A DNA stretch of 64,000 nt, from positions 175 to 64,174 of the forward strand of contig JADHLZ010000005.1 in the NCBI GenBank assembly GCA_016780345.1. The letters are read 5' to 3'. Each line of letters begins with the position of its first letter. Position 1 is the first letter of the stretch. This DNA comes from Flavobacteriaceae bacterium. GTDB lineage: Bacteria; Bacteroidota; Bacteroidia; Flavobacteriales; Flavobacteriaceae. Under the pieces are notes generated by a model, which was not told where the DNA came from, did not search any database, and saw only the letters and a list, made by a program, of their open reading frames with translations. The translations under genes and the position numbers were made by a program. Positions 49,125 through 58,862 of this stretch are shown one piece after another.

Positions 49125-50102
49125 ATGTTTAAGACCAAGTATTATTACGATTCAAAAACGTTATCATATAGAAAGATAAAAGTCAGCAAAGGAGTTCACT
49201 TTAGAAACATTTTGGCTTTTATTGTAGCTTCGGTTTTTTTTGGGGTTTTAACACTGTTTTTACTATTACAATCTCCTATTTTAAATACACCAACTGAACT
49301 TTCACAAGCCAGGGAAATTTCCAATTATAAATTTCAATTTGAACTCATAAACAAAAAACTTGATCAATTAAATTTAGTTCTTGAAGAAATTGAACAAAGA
49401 GACAACAATATTTACAGAGTATTGTTTGAAACAAATCCTATACCAAGTGAGGTAAGAAAAGCTGGTTTTGGTGGTGTTAACAGATACAAAAACCTTGAAG
49501 GATTCGATAACTCAAAGTTAATTACTGAAACAACTAATAGAATTGAAATTCTAACAAAACAAATAGTTATTCAATCCAAATCATTAGATGAAATAGAAAG
49601 ATTAGCAATTGAAAAAGAAAAACTTTTATCTGCAATTCCTTCAATTCAACCAATCAAAAGAGGAGATCTTACTCGAATGGCTTCTGGCTACGGATACAGA
49701 ACTGACCCATTTAATAAAACTAGAAAAATGCATTACGGAATGGATTTTACAGCTCCAAGAAATACACCTGTTTATGCAGCTAGTGATGGAATGGTAATTA
49801 GAGCTGACTCAAGATCTACAGGATATGGTAAACATATAAGAATTGATCATGGATTTGGATATATGACATTATATGCTCATTTAGATAAATATAATGTCAT
49901 CAGAAATCAAAAGGTAAAAAAAGGAGATATTATTGGATATGTTGGAAATACAGGAAGATCACAAGCCCCTCACCTACATTATGAAGTTTGGAAGGATAAA
50001 AAAAGAGTTAATCCTATCAATTATTATTTAGGAAACTTAAGCCCTGAAGAATTTGATGATTTAATAAAATTGGCAAATCAAGAAAATCAATCTTTAGACT
50101 AA
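49125..50102 (+). CDS. M23 family metallopeptidase (membrane-anchored, coiled-coil linker)
   Basis: 325 aa with HYGMDF, GNTGRSQAPHLHYEV (HxH) and one N-terminal TM segment. Confidence 0.9.
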   Translation: MFKTKYYYDSKTLSYRKIKVSKGVHFRNILAFIVASVFFGVLTLFLLLQSPILNTPTELSQAREISNYKFQFELINKKLDQLNLVLEEIEQRDNNIYRVLFETNPIPSEVRKAGFGGVNRYKNLEGFDNSKLITETTNRIEILTKQIVIQSKSLDEIERLAIEKEKLLSAIPSIQPIKRGDLTRMASGYGYRTDPFNKTRKMHYGMDFTAPRNTPVYAASDGMVIRADSRSTGYGKHIRIDHGFGYMTLYAHLDKYNVIRNQKVKKGDIIGYVGNTGRSQAPHLHYEVWKDKKRVNPINYYLGNLSPEEFDDLIKLANQENQSLD

Positions 50103-50419
50103 TGCATTTAGATCTTCCACCAAAACTATACTACAGTATAGGTGAAGTTTCTAAAGCGTTTAAAGTAAATGCTTCCTTAATTAGATTTTGGGAAAAAGAA
50201 TTTACAGATTTAAACCCAAAAAAAAATAATAAAGGAACACGAAGATATTCATCAGTTGATATTGAAAAACTTCAAATTATACATCACTTAGTTAAAGAAA
50301 AAGGATACACTTTAGATGGAGCTAAGGAACAAATAAAAGTTTTAAATAAAAACTTTGAAATAATAAAAAAGCTTGAAAAAATTAAATCTACCCTAATTAA
50401 CATTAAAAAGGAACTTTAA
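50102..50419 (+). CDS. MerR family transcriptional regulator
   Basis: 105 aa with HTH YSIGEVSKAFKVNASLIRFWEKEF. TAATG overlap with the M23 gene. Confidence 0.8.
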   Translation: MHLDLPPKLYYSIGEVSKAFKVNASLIRFWEKEFTDLNPKKNNKGTRRYSSVDIEKLQIIHHLVKEKGYTLDGAKEQIKVLNKNFEIIKKLEKIKSTLINIKKEL

Positions 50420-50420
50420 T

Positions 50421-51725
50421 TTATTTTTTTCTAAAAAAGATTCTTATAGGCACTCCATTAAAATCATATATATCTCTTATCTTATTTTCAATAAATCTTT
50501 TGTAGGGATCTTTTATATATTGAGGGAGATTACAAAAAAAAGCAAACTGAGGAAATAATGAAGGCAGCTGGGTACAAAATTTAATTTTGACATATTTTCC
50601 TTTGTATGCTGGAGGTGGATTATTTTGAATAATTGGCAACATAGATTCGTTAAATTTTCTAGTTACAATTTTTTTAGATCTGTTTTTATAAACAGTCATA
50701 GCTGAATCAATAGCCTTAAATATTCTTTGTTTAGTAATACTGGAAATAAAAACAATTGGAACATCTGTAAACGGCTCTATTTCCTTTCTAATTTCTTGTT
50801 CAATAATTTTAATTGTATTGGTTTTTTTATCAACCAAATCCCATTTATTTACTAGAATTACTATTCCTTTATTATTTCTTGCAGCCAACCAAAAAATATT
50901 TTTTACTTGAGAATCGAAAGAACGTGACGCATCAAATATTATTAAACAAACATCAGAGTTTTCAATCGTTCTTATTGATCTAACAACTGAATAAAACTCA
51001 ACATCATCATTGATTTTTGATTTTTTTCTAATTCCAGCTGTATCAATTAATTTAAAATCGAATCCAAATCTTTTGAAATGAGTATCAATACTATCTCTAG
51101 TCGTTCCAGCTAAATCTTTAACAACATATCTTTCTTCACCCAGTAAAGCATTTATAAATGAAGATTTTCCTGCATTTGGTCTTCCAACAACAGCAAAACA
51201 AGGAATTTCATCTTTTTCTACTAAGGAATTGATAGGCATAAAGTTAACGAGACAATCTAACAATTCTCCTGTACCAGAGCCATTAATAGCACTGAAGTTA
51301 AAAACAAACTCAAATCCAAGCGAATAAAATTCATTGGATTCTAATTGTCTTTTGGAATTATCAACTTTATTAACTGCTAGTATAACTTTTTTATTAGATT
51401 TGTGAAGAAGTTTTGAAATTTCATAATCCATTGAGTTAATTCCACTTTCAACATCAACTAAAAAAATAATTATATCGGATTCTTCAATAGCAATCAACAC
51501 TTGAGAATTGATTTCTTTTTCAAAGTTATCTTCTCCACCAAGCATGAATCCTCCAGTATCTATTACTGTAAATTCTTTTCCGTTCCAAAATGAATAACCG
51601 TAATGGCGATCTCTAGTGACTCCACTTTGAGAATCAACAATAGCATCTCTTTTTTGAATTAATCTGTTAAAGAAAGTTGATTTACCAACATTTGGTCTTC
51701 CAACTATGGCAACTATTGATCCCAT
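50421..51725 (-). CDS. der: Ribosome biogenesis GTPase Der (EngA)
   Basis: 434 aa with two tandem G domains (GRPNVGKST and GRPNAGKSS, DTGG/DTAG, NKVD/NKWD) plus a KH-like C-terminus. Confidence 0.96.
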   Translation of the reverse strand: MGSIVAIVGRPNVGKSTFFNRLIQKRDAIVDSQSGVTRDRHYGYSFWNGKEFTVIDTGGFMLGGEDNFEKEINSQVLIAIEESDIIIFLVDVESGINSMDYEISKLLHKSNKKVILAVNKVDNSKRQLESNEFYSLGFEFVFNFSAINGSGTGELLDCLVNFMPINSLVEKDEIPCFAVVGRPNAGKSSFINALLGEERYVVKDLAGTTRDSIDTHFKRFGFDFKLIDTAGIRKKSKINDDVEFYSVVRSIRTIENSDVCLIIFDASRSFDSQVKNIFWLAARNNKGIVILVNKWDLVDKKTNTIKIIEQEIRKEIEPFTDVPIVFISSITKQRIFKAIDSAMTVYKNRSKKIVTRKFNESMLPIIQNNPPPAYKGKYVKIKFCTQLPSLFPQFAFFCNLPQYIKDPYKRFIENKIRDIYDFNGVPIRIFFRKK

Positions 51726-51744
51726 TTTGTTTTTTAAAGGATTA

Positions 51745-51752
51745 CAAAACTA
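51745..51752 (-). promoter_or_regulatory. -7 promoter box TAGTTTTG (minus strand), 19 nt upstream of the der ATG
   Basis: Plus strand reads CAAAACTA, an exact TAnnTTTG on the der strand in the 48-bp era-der spacer. Confidence 0.4.
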
Positions 51753-51773
51753 ATCTTTTATTTCAACAATAAA

Positions 51774-52655
51774 TCAATTGTTTAGGTAACCAAACTTTTT
51801 AAGTTTGTTTTCGTCTGATCTCCAATTTTTATTGACTTTTACATTTAAATCAATATATATATGTTTTTTAAAGAATTCTTCCAATTCTAGCCTTGAATCT
51901 GTACCTAATTTTTTTATAGCTGCTCCTTTATGACCAATTAGTATTCCTTTTTGTGATGGTCTTTCAACAAAAATTAATGAGCGGATTCTTATAATATTAT
52001 CTTCTTCTTTGAACTCTTCAGTAACTATTTCAACAGAATAAGGAATTTCTTTGCTATAATTTACTAATATTTTTTCTCTAATAATTTCATTCACAAAAAA
52101 TCTTTCATTTTTATCTGTTAATTGATCTTTTGGAAAAAAAGGAGGGTGATTAGGGCTTAGTTCAACTAACCTCTCTAATAATTTATCAATGTTAAAAGAT
52201 TCCTTTACAGAAATTGGCCATATTTCAGCATTAGGCAACTTTTTAGTCCAAAAAGAAATTTCATCATCTAATTTTTCTTGGTTAATTAAATCAATTTTAT
52301 TAATAACCAAAATTAAAGGAGTTTTAATATTTTCAATTTTTGAAAAAAATTTTTCATCTTTAAGAATATGGTCTTTATGTTCTACTACATATAATAGGAT
52401 ATCAGCATCCTCTGTTGTTTGAGAAACTGAACCCATCATAAGTTCATGTAACTTATGTAAAGGTTTAATTATTCCAGGAGTATCAGAAATTACTAATTGA
52501 TAATTTTTATTATTTAAAATAGCTAATATTCTATGTCTAGTAGTCTGAGCTTTTGAAGTAATTATTGAAAGTTTGTGTCCAATTAAGGAATTAGTTAATG
52601 AAGATTTTCCAACGTTAGGATTGCCAATAATATTTACAAAACTTGATTTATGCAT
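51774..52655 (-). CDS. era: GTPase Era
   Basis: 293 aa with GNPNVGKSS, DTPG, NKID and a C-terminal KH domain (GILIGHKGAAIKKLG). Confidence 0.96.
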   Translation of the reverse strand: MHKSSFVNIIGNPNVGKSSLTNSLIGHKLSIITSKAQTTRHRILAILNNKNYQLVISDTPGIIKPLHKLHELMMGSVSQTTEDADILLYVVEHKDHILKDEKFFSKIENIKTPLILVINKIDLINQEKLDDEISFWTKKLPNAEIWPISVKESFNIDKLLERLVELSPNHPPFFPKDQLTDKNERFFVNEIIREKILVNYSKEIPYSVEIVTEEFKEEDNIIRIRSLIFVERPSQKGILIGHKGAAIKKLGTDSRLELEEFFKKHIYIDLNVKVNKNWRSDENKLKKFGYLNN

Positions 52656-52662
52656 ACAAATG

Positions 52663-52670
52663 CAAAGTTA
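52663..52670 (-). promoter_or_regulatory. -7 promoter box TAACTTTG (minus strand), 7 nt upstream of the era ATG
   Basis: Plus strand reads CAAAGTTA. The spacing implies a leaderless or near-leaderless era mRNA. Confidence 0.4.
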
Positions 52671-52840
52671 GTGTTGATAATTTACTTTATGGCAATTTTT
52701 AGTTAATTTATAAAAAAGTAATGTTTTTTAGAGTAAATATTCAATTATTAATATCAATTAATGCGCATATTTAAAATATGAGGTTATTTTATATAAAAAA
52801 TATGTTTAAAAATTAAAAAAAAAAAATTAATTATGGTACT

Positions 52841-52848
52841 TATTTTTG
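52841..52848 (+). promoter_or_regulatory. Only exact -7 box (TATTTTTG) on the plus strand of the 445-bp spacer, 252 nt upstream of the glucan operon ATG
   Basis: Exact TAnnTTTG. If used, it gives an unusually long ~245-nt leader. Confidence 0.3.
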
Positions 52849-53100
52849 AAAAACACCTATACAATACTTAAACATTTTATAGTTTAAAACTCAACATTAT
52901 TAAAATAAAAAAGTTATGTCTGATTACAGATTGTTTTATCTCACTAAACAATTTTATAAAATAGTTGTAAAGGTTTTATCAGAAAAACATATGGATATAA
53001 GGTATATTTTTAAATGTGTGTAAATTGAGATTCAAAATCTATTATTCACTCATACAAAACAACATCAAAACCGAAGAAAAATATTAAAATTAAATTATAG

Positions 53101-56100
53101 ATGGCAGAAAAGATTCATATTGGAAACTTAGAATCATTTGATGATGTAAAAAAAGTTGAAGGAAAACAAATCAAAATTAATAACGAAAATTTTTATAAAA
53201 TATCCAACGTAGACAGAATGCGTCCATTTTTTATGAGTATAGTTAGTAACTCAAATCATTGGATGTTTATTTCTAGCACAGGAAGTCTTACAGCTGGAAG
53301 AAAAAATAGTGAATATGCACTATTTCCATATTATACGGACGATAAAATTACTGAATCCAACGAAACAACAGGAAGTAAGACAATTCTGATTGTTAAAATA
53401 AATGAGAAAAGATTTCTCTGGGAACCCTTTTCTGAAAGATATGCTAGAATCTACAAAACTGAAAGAAATATTTACAAAAACACAATTGGTAATAAAGTAA
53501 TTTTTCAAGAAATAAATCATGACTTAAATGTAGAATTTAGCTATCAATGGAATTCTAGTAATAAATATGGGTTTGTTAGAAAATCTATAATAAAAAATGT
53601 TTCAAGCAATAGTGTAGAAATTGATATTCTAGATGGAATTCAAAACATCTTACCATACGGAGTTGGAGAAGGTCTTCAAAATGCTCAAAGCAATCTTGTT
53701 GATGCTTACAAAAAATGCGAATTGGAACAAAAAAGCAAATTAGGTATTTATTCACTTAGTGCAATCATTGTTGATAAAGCAGAGCCTAGCGAAGCTTTAA
53801 AAGCAAATACTGCTTGGTCTTGTGACTTAAAAAATGCAAAATATCTTTTGTCCTCTTTGCAAATAGATAATTTTAGAAAGGGAATTAATCTTGTCAATGA
53901 AACGGAAATTAAAGCTGAAAAAGGAGCTTATTTTGTTAACCAGTCAATAAAACTTGAGGACAAATCCAGTGAAGAATGGATGATTGTTTGTAACGTCAAC
54001 CAAACTATTTCTGATGTAGTAAGATTAAAAGAAGCTATAATTCACGACAAAGAATTAAAACAAAAAGTTTCAGATGATGTAATACTTGGATCATCAAACT
54101 TAAGAGAATTAGTAGGTAATGCTGACGGATTACAGTTAACAAATGACAAACTCAGGATGATTAGACATTTTTCAAATACAATGTTTAACATCATGAGAGG
54201 AGGTATTTTTGATGATAATTACCAAATTGAAAAAAATGATTTTGTTCCTTACATTAAAAAAGCGAACATTTTAATTTATCAATCATTCTCTGATACTTTG
54301 GGTAATCTTCCAGAAACATTTACTCTTCATGAACTAAAATCAATTTCTGTAAATATATCTAACCATGATTTTAAGAGGTTATGTACTGAGTATCTTCCTT
54401 TAAAATTTAGTAGAAGACACGGAGATCCAAGTAGACCTTGGAATAAATTCTCTATCAACACAAGAAGCGAAGTAGATGGATCAAAAATCCTAGATTATCA
54501 AGGGAACTGGAGAGATATTTTCCAAAACTGGGAGGCTTTAGCTTACTCCTATCCTCAATTTATAGAGGGTATGATTCATAAATTTTTAAATTCATCAACT
54601 TTTGATGGATACAACCCATACAGAGTTACTAAGGATGGTTTTGATTGGGAAACTATTGAACCTGATAATCCTTGGTCATATATTGGTTATTGGGGCGATC
54701 ACCAAATAATTTATTTATTAAAATTTTTAGAATTTATTGAAGATCATTTTCCTGGAAAACTATATAAATATTTCTCAAAAAGTTTATTTGTGTATGCGAA
54801 CGTTCCTTACAAAATAAAATCGTATGAGGATATTTTAAAGGACTCTAAAAACACTATCGATTACGATCACGAAAATGAAATAATCATTGAAAAACGAAGA
54901 AAAGAAATTGGAATTGATGGATCATTATTATACAATAATAAATCTGAAATACACAGAGTAAATTTCATTGAAAAAATATTAGCTACTCTACTTGCTAAAG
55001 TTTCAAATTTTGTTCCTGAGGGTGGAATTTGGATGAACACACAAAGACCTGAATGGAACGATGCCAACAATGCTTTGGTAGGAAATGGAATTTCCATGGT
55101 CACCCTATATTACTTAAGAAGATTTGTAAATTTCTTTAATTCAGTCTTGGAAAATACTGAATACATTTCAGTTGAAATATCATCAGAATTATTTAAGTTT
55201 TTCAATGATATTTACAATAGTTTAAATGATAATAAAACCGTTTTAAACTCATCTGTTTCCGATCAAGATAGAAAAAAAATAGTTGATTTACTTGGTAAAG
55301 CAGGCTCTAATTATAGAAACATAATTTACGACAATAGTTTCTCCGGATTAAAATCTGCTATTGGCATAAAAGAAATTAAGGACTTAACCAAACTCCTTCT
55401 AAAGTACATTGACCATTCAATTAACTCAAATAAAAGAAAAGATAAACTCTATCATGCATATAATCTGTTAACTATTGAAAAAGATAAACTATCAGTTTCT
55501 TATTTACCTGAAATGCTTGAAGGACAAGTTGCTGTTTTAAGTTCTGGTTATTTAAATTCAAAAGAGAATTTAGAAGTACTTGATGCTTTAAAAGCTAGTA
55601 AGTTGTTCAGAGACGACCAGTACAGCTATATACTATACCCTGATAAAGATTTAGGTCTGTTTTTGGATAAAAACAATATTCCAAATTCAAAAATAAATGA
55701 ATCTAATCTACTAAAACAGCTATTAAAAGATGGAAATCAACAAATAGTTTCAAAAGATTGTATGGGAGATTACCATTTTAATTGTGATTTTAACAATGCG
55801 AATGGGTTGATTGATGAATTAAATTCTCTTCCTGACAAATACTCTGATTTAGTTGGAAAAGATTATAACACTGTTCTTCAAATATTTGAAGATGTGTTTA
55901 ATCATAAAGAATTTACAGGAAGATCCGGAACATTTTTTGGTTACGAAGGCCTAGGGTCAATATATTGGCACATGGTTTCTAAACTTTCTTTAGCTGTTTT
56001 AGAGACTACAAAAAAAGCAATCGATGAAGATGATCAAGCTATCATTGGAAAATTCTTTGATCATTATTTTGAAATACTTGAAGGAATTGGAGTCAATAAA

Positions 56101-56550
56101 TCTCCAATGCTTTATGGAGCATTTCCTACAGACCCATATTCACATACTCCTGCTGGAAAAGGTGCTCAACAACCTGGAATGACTGGCCAAGTTAAAGAAG
56201 ATATAATTTCAAGATTTGGAGAACTTGGTGTTGAAGTTAAAAATGGTGTTATAAGCTTTAACCCTGAGATGCTAAGAAATGAAGAGTTTTTGAAAGAAAA
56301 TGAAACTTTCAAATATGTGAACCTTTCAAAAGAAAAATGTCTTCTTGATGTTGAAAAAGGGTCTTTATGTTTTACATACTGTCAAGTCCCAATTATTTAT
56401 TCAAAATCATCAGAAAATAAAATTAAAGTTGATTTCATAAATGGAAAATCTGTTAGTATTCAGGGTAACGAATTAGATACTGAATCTAGCAAATCATTAT
56501 TCAACAGAGAAAACATAATTAAACAAATAAACGTAAGTGTTGTAAAATGA
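53101..56550 (+). CDS. Large cytoplasmic GH94-like glycoside phosphorylase, most likely GH149 beta-1,3-glucan phosphorylase
   Basis: 1149 aa with no signal peptide. Strings match the (alpha/alpha)6 phosphorylase catalytic module: GNWRDIFQNW (RDxxQ), WGDHQIIYLL, RPEWNDANNAL (the DWND-type catalytic Asp, codon 654 at 55060-55062), and GYEGLGSIYWHM. The size and beta-1,3-glucanase neighbourhood fit GH149. Confidence 0.6.
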   Translation: MAEKIHIGNLESFDDVKKVEGKQIKINNENFYKISNVDRMRPFFMSIVSNSNHWMFISSTGSLTAGRKNSEYALFPYYTDDKITESNETTGSKTILIVKINEKRFLWEPFSERYARIYKTERNIYKNTIGNKVIFQEINHDLNVEFSYQWNSSNKYGFVRKSIIKNVSSNSVEIDILDGIQNILPYGVGEGLQNAQSNLVDAYKKCELEQKSKLGIYSLSAIIVDKAEPSEALKANTAWSCDLKNAKYLLSSLQIDNFRKGINLVNETEIKAEKGAYFVNQSIKLEDKSSEEWMIVCNVNQTISDVVRLKEAIIHDKELKQKVSDDVILGSSNLRELVGNADGLQLTNDKLRMIRHFSNTMFNIMRGGIFDDNYQIEKNDFVPYIKKANILIYQSFSDTLGNLPETFTLHELKSISVNISNHDFKRLCTEYLPLKFSRRHGDPSRPWNKFSINTRSEVDGSKILDYQGNWRDIFQNWEALAYSYPQFIEGMIHKFLNSSTFDGYNPYRVTKDGFDWETIEPDNPWSYIGYWGDHQIIYLLKFLEFIEDHFPGKLYKYFSKSLFVYANVPYKIKSYEDILKDSKNTIDYDHENEIIIEKRRKEIGIDGSLLYNNKSEIHRVNFIEKILATLLAKVSNFVPEGGIWMNTQRPEWNDANNALVGNGISMVTLYYLRRFVNFFNSVLENTEYISVEISSELFKFFNDIYNSLNDNKTVLNSSVSDQDRKKIVDLLGKAGSNYRNIIYDNSFSGLKSAIGIKEIKDLTKLLLKYIDHSINSNKRKDKLYHAYNLLTIEKDKLSVSYLPEMLEGQVAVLSSGYLNSKENLEVLDALKASKLFRDDQYSYILYPDKDLGLFLDKNNIPNSKINESNLLKQLLKDGNQQIVSKDCMGDYHFNCDFNNANGLIDELNSLPDKYSDLVGKDYNTVLQIFEDVFNHKEFTGRSGTFFGYEGLGSIYWHMVSKLSLAVLETTKKAIDEDDQAIIGKFFDHYFEILEGIGVNKSPMLYGAFPTDPYSHTPAGKGAQQPGMTGQVKEDIISRFGELGVEVKNGVISFNPEMLRNEEFLKENETFKYVNLSKEKCLLDVEKGSLCFTYCQVPIIYSKSSENKIKVDFINGKSVSIQGNELDTESSKSLFNRENIIKQINVSVVK

Positions 56551-57842
56551 ATATGATATATATAAATAACTCAAAACTTAACGATTTAATCAGAATCTCA
56601 CTGCTTACCATGTTGGTTAGTAGCTTATTTATATCATGTGAATTTTCAGAAAATAAAATGAAAGAGAAAAAAGAAATTACAGCTCAAGAAATTTTAAATG
56701 ATCCAAGTTATTTAGCTATTTCTTATGGTGGATATAGACATAGAACTAGAGATATTCAGCCTACTATGGATGAATTAAAAGATGATTTAAAAATACTTTC
56801 ATCTTTAGGAATTAAAATTTTAAGGACCTATAATTTACAACTTCCGCAAGCACCTAATATAATAAAAGCAATTAAAGAAATTAAAGAATCAGATCCTGAC
56901 TTTGAAATGTATGTTATGCTTGGAGCTTGGATTGACTGTGAAAATGCTTGGACTGACAGCCCAAATCATGAAAAAGAGGATGAATCTGCCAATGCAATAG
57001 AAATTCAAAAGGCAATAAATCTTGCAAATATGTATCCTGAAATAGTTAAAATCATAGCTGTAGGAAATGAGGCAATGGTTAATTGGGCATGGAGTTACTA
57101 TGTTAAACCAGGTGTAATTTTAAAATGGGTTAATCATTTACAAGATTTAAAGAAGCAGAAAAAATTACCAGAAAATTTATGGATTACAAGTTCTGATAAT
57201 TTTGCGTCATGGGGAGGTGGTGATGAATCGTACCACACAAGCGATTTAAACTCATTGATTAAGTCAGTAGATTTTATATCCATGCATACTTATGCATTTC
57301 ACGATACTCATTATAATCCCTCTTTTTGGAATTTTAACAAAGATTTAAAAAATGAGTTTTCAGATTTAGAAATAATAAATAAATCAATGGAAAATGTTCA
57401 ACAGTATACTATTTCACAATACAACAGTGTAAAAGATTATCTAAAGAAAATTGGAGTTGAAAAAGAAGTTCACATTGGTGAATTAGGCTGGTCAACCGTT
57501 TCAAATGAACTATATGGTGATAAGGGAACACATGCTGCAGATGAATATAAACAAGCTCTATTCTTTGATAAAATAAGAGAATGGACTACTAAAGAAAAAA
57601 TTAGCTGCTTTTATTTTGAGGCATTTGATGAACCATGGAAAGATGCTCAAAATATTAATGGTTCAGAAAACCACTTTGGATTATTTACTGTTGATGGTAA
57701 AGCAAAATTTGCGTTGTGGAAAAATGTTGATGAAGGGAACTTTAAAGGACTTACAAGAAATGGAAATTCTATAATCAAAACATTTGATGGAAATAGTGAA
57801 ATTTTATTCAATAGTATTCTAACTCCACCTTTAATCGATTAA
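56547..57842 (+). CDS. GH17 family beta-1,3-glucanase/transglycosylase, lipoprotein
   Basis: 431 aa with lipobox SLFISC, acid/base AVGNEAM, nucleophile IGELGWST, and the FYFEAFDEPWK GH17 signature. ATGA overlap with the upstream gene. Confidence 0.8.
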   Translation: MNMIYINNSKLNDLIRISLLTMLVSSLFISCEFSENKMKEKKEITAQEILNDPSYLAISYGGYRHRTRDIQPTMDELKDDLKILSSLGIKILRTYNLQLPQAPNIIKAIKEIKESDPDFEMYVMLGAWIDCENAWTDSPNHEKEDESANAIEIQKAINLANMYPEIVKIIAVGNEAMVNWAWSYYVKPGVILKWVNHLQDLKKQKKLPENLWITSSDNFASWGGGDESYHTSDLNSLIKSVDFISMHTYAFHDTHYNPSFWNFNKDLKNEFSDLEIINKSMENVQQYTISQYNSVKDYLKKIGVEKEVHIGELGWSTVSNELYGDKGTHAADEYKQALFFDKIREWTTKEKISCFYFEAFDEPWKDAQNINGSENHFGLFTVDGKAKFALWKNVDEGNFKGLTRNGNSIIKTFDGNSEILFNSILTPPLID

Positions 57843-57845
57843 ATT

Positions 57846-58856
57846 ATGAAATTAAAATATTCTCTTATCTTAATTCTTTTAATTTCGATACTAAGTTGGA
57901 ATTTTTACTATTGTTGTGAAGAAAATAATGTAGAAATTGAAGAAAGGAATTTTTTAGTTAATAATCAAAGATATTTCATTAAAGGAGTTTGCTACGACCC
58001 TGTTCCATTAGGTTCTAAAAAAAGAAGTTTCGACAAAATTGATGAAGATTTGAAGTTAATGGTTGAAGCTGGGATTAACACTATAAGAGTGTATTCACCA
58101 ATTGATGATATCTCAATTCTTAATAAAATTGATAATGCTGGTCTTAAAATAATAATGGGATTTGGATATAATCAAGAAGGTTATTACGATATTCTTTCAG
58201 GATCCTTTGAAAACTACATTAAAAAGTATAAAAACCATAATGCTATATTGTTTTGGGAGCTTGGTAATGAATATAATTATCATTCAGAATGGTTTGAAGG
58301 AGATATTAATAATTGGTACGAAGAATTAAATGAAGCTGCGTATAAAATAAAACAAGTAGATAGTTCCAGACCAGTAACCACTGCTCATGGTGAAATTCCA
58401 GAAAAAATTCTTATTGAAAAACTTAATAATATTGACGCATGGGGAATTAATGTTTATAGATGGGATGACCCAAGTGATTTGCTTCAGGATTGGGTAAAAA
58501 TTAGTAAAAAACCATTATACCTTTCTGAAGCGGGAAGTGATAGTTACATGACCATTGAAAATTATGGTTATTCAAAAGGGGAAAACCAACTTGCTCAGGC
58601 CGAAGCAAACGCAAAAATTTTAGATGCTGTATTTAATAATTCAGATAAAGTTTCAGGTGTTTTAATATTTCAATTTGTGGATGGATTATGGAAAGCTGGA
58701 AATCCTTACAAACAAGACATTGGTGGATGGGCTCCAAATAGCATTGGAGTTCCATATGATGGAGCTCCCAACGAGGAATTCTGGGGCATTGTAGATATTG
58801 AAAGAAATAAAAAGAAAACTTTTGAAGTGATTAAAAACAAGTACAACAACAATTAA
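57846..58856 (+). CDS. Exported clan GH-A (beta/alpha)8 glycoside hydrolase or transglycosylase, family not assignable by eye (GH72-like strings; GH5/GH2-barrel/GH128/GH158 also possible)
   Basis: 336 aa with a signal peptide ending ..FYYCC. FWELGNEYN (acid/base NE) and LYLSEAGSD (nucleophile E). FLVNNQRYFIKGVCY, INTIRVY and AWGINVYRW are collinear with Gas1-type GH72 strings. Confidence 0.55.
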   Translation: MKLKYSLILILLISILSWNFYYCCEENNVEIEERNFLVNNQRYFIKGVCYDPVPLGSKKRSFDKIDEDLKLMVEAGINTIRVYSPIDDISILNKIDNAGLKIIMGFGYNQEGYYDILSGSFENYIKKYKNHNAILFWELGNEYNYHSEWFEGDINNWYEELNEAAYKIKQVDSSRPVTTAHGEIPEKILIEKLNNIDAWGINVYRWDDPSDLLQDWVKISKKPLYLSEAGSDSYMTIENYGYSKGENQLAQAEANAKILDAVFNNSDKVSGVLIFQFVDGLWKAGNPYKQDIGGWAPNSIGVPYDGAPNEEFWGIVDIERNKKKTFEVIKNKYNNN

Positions 58857-58862
58857 ATCAAC

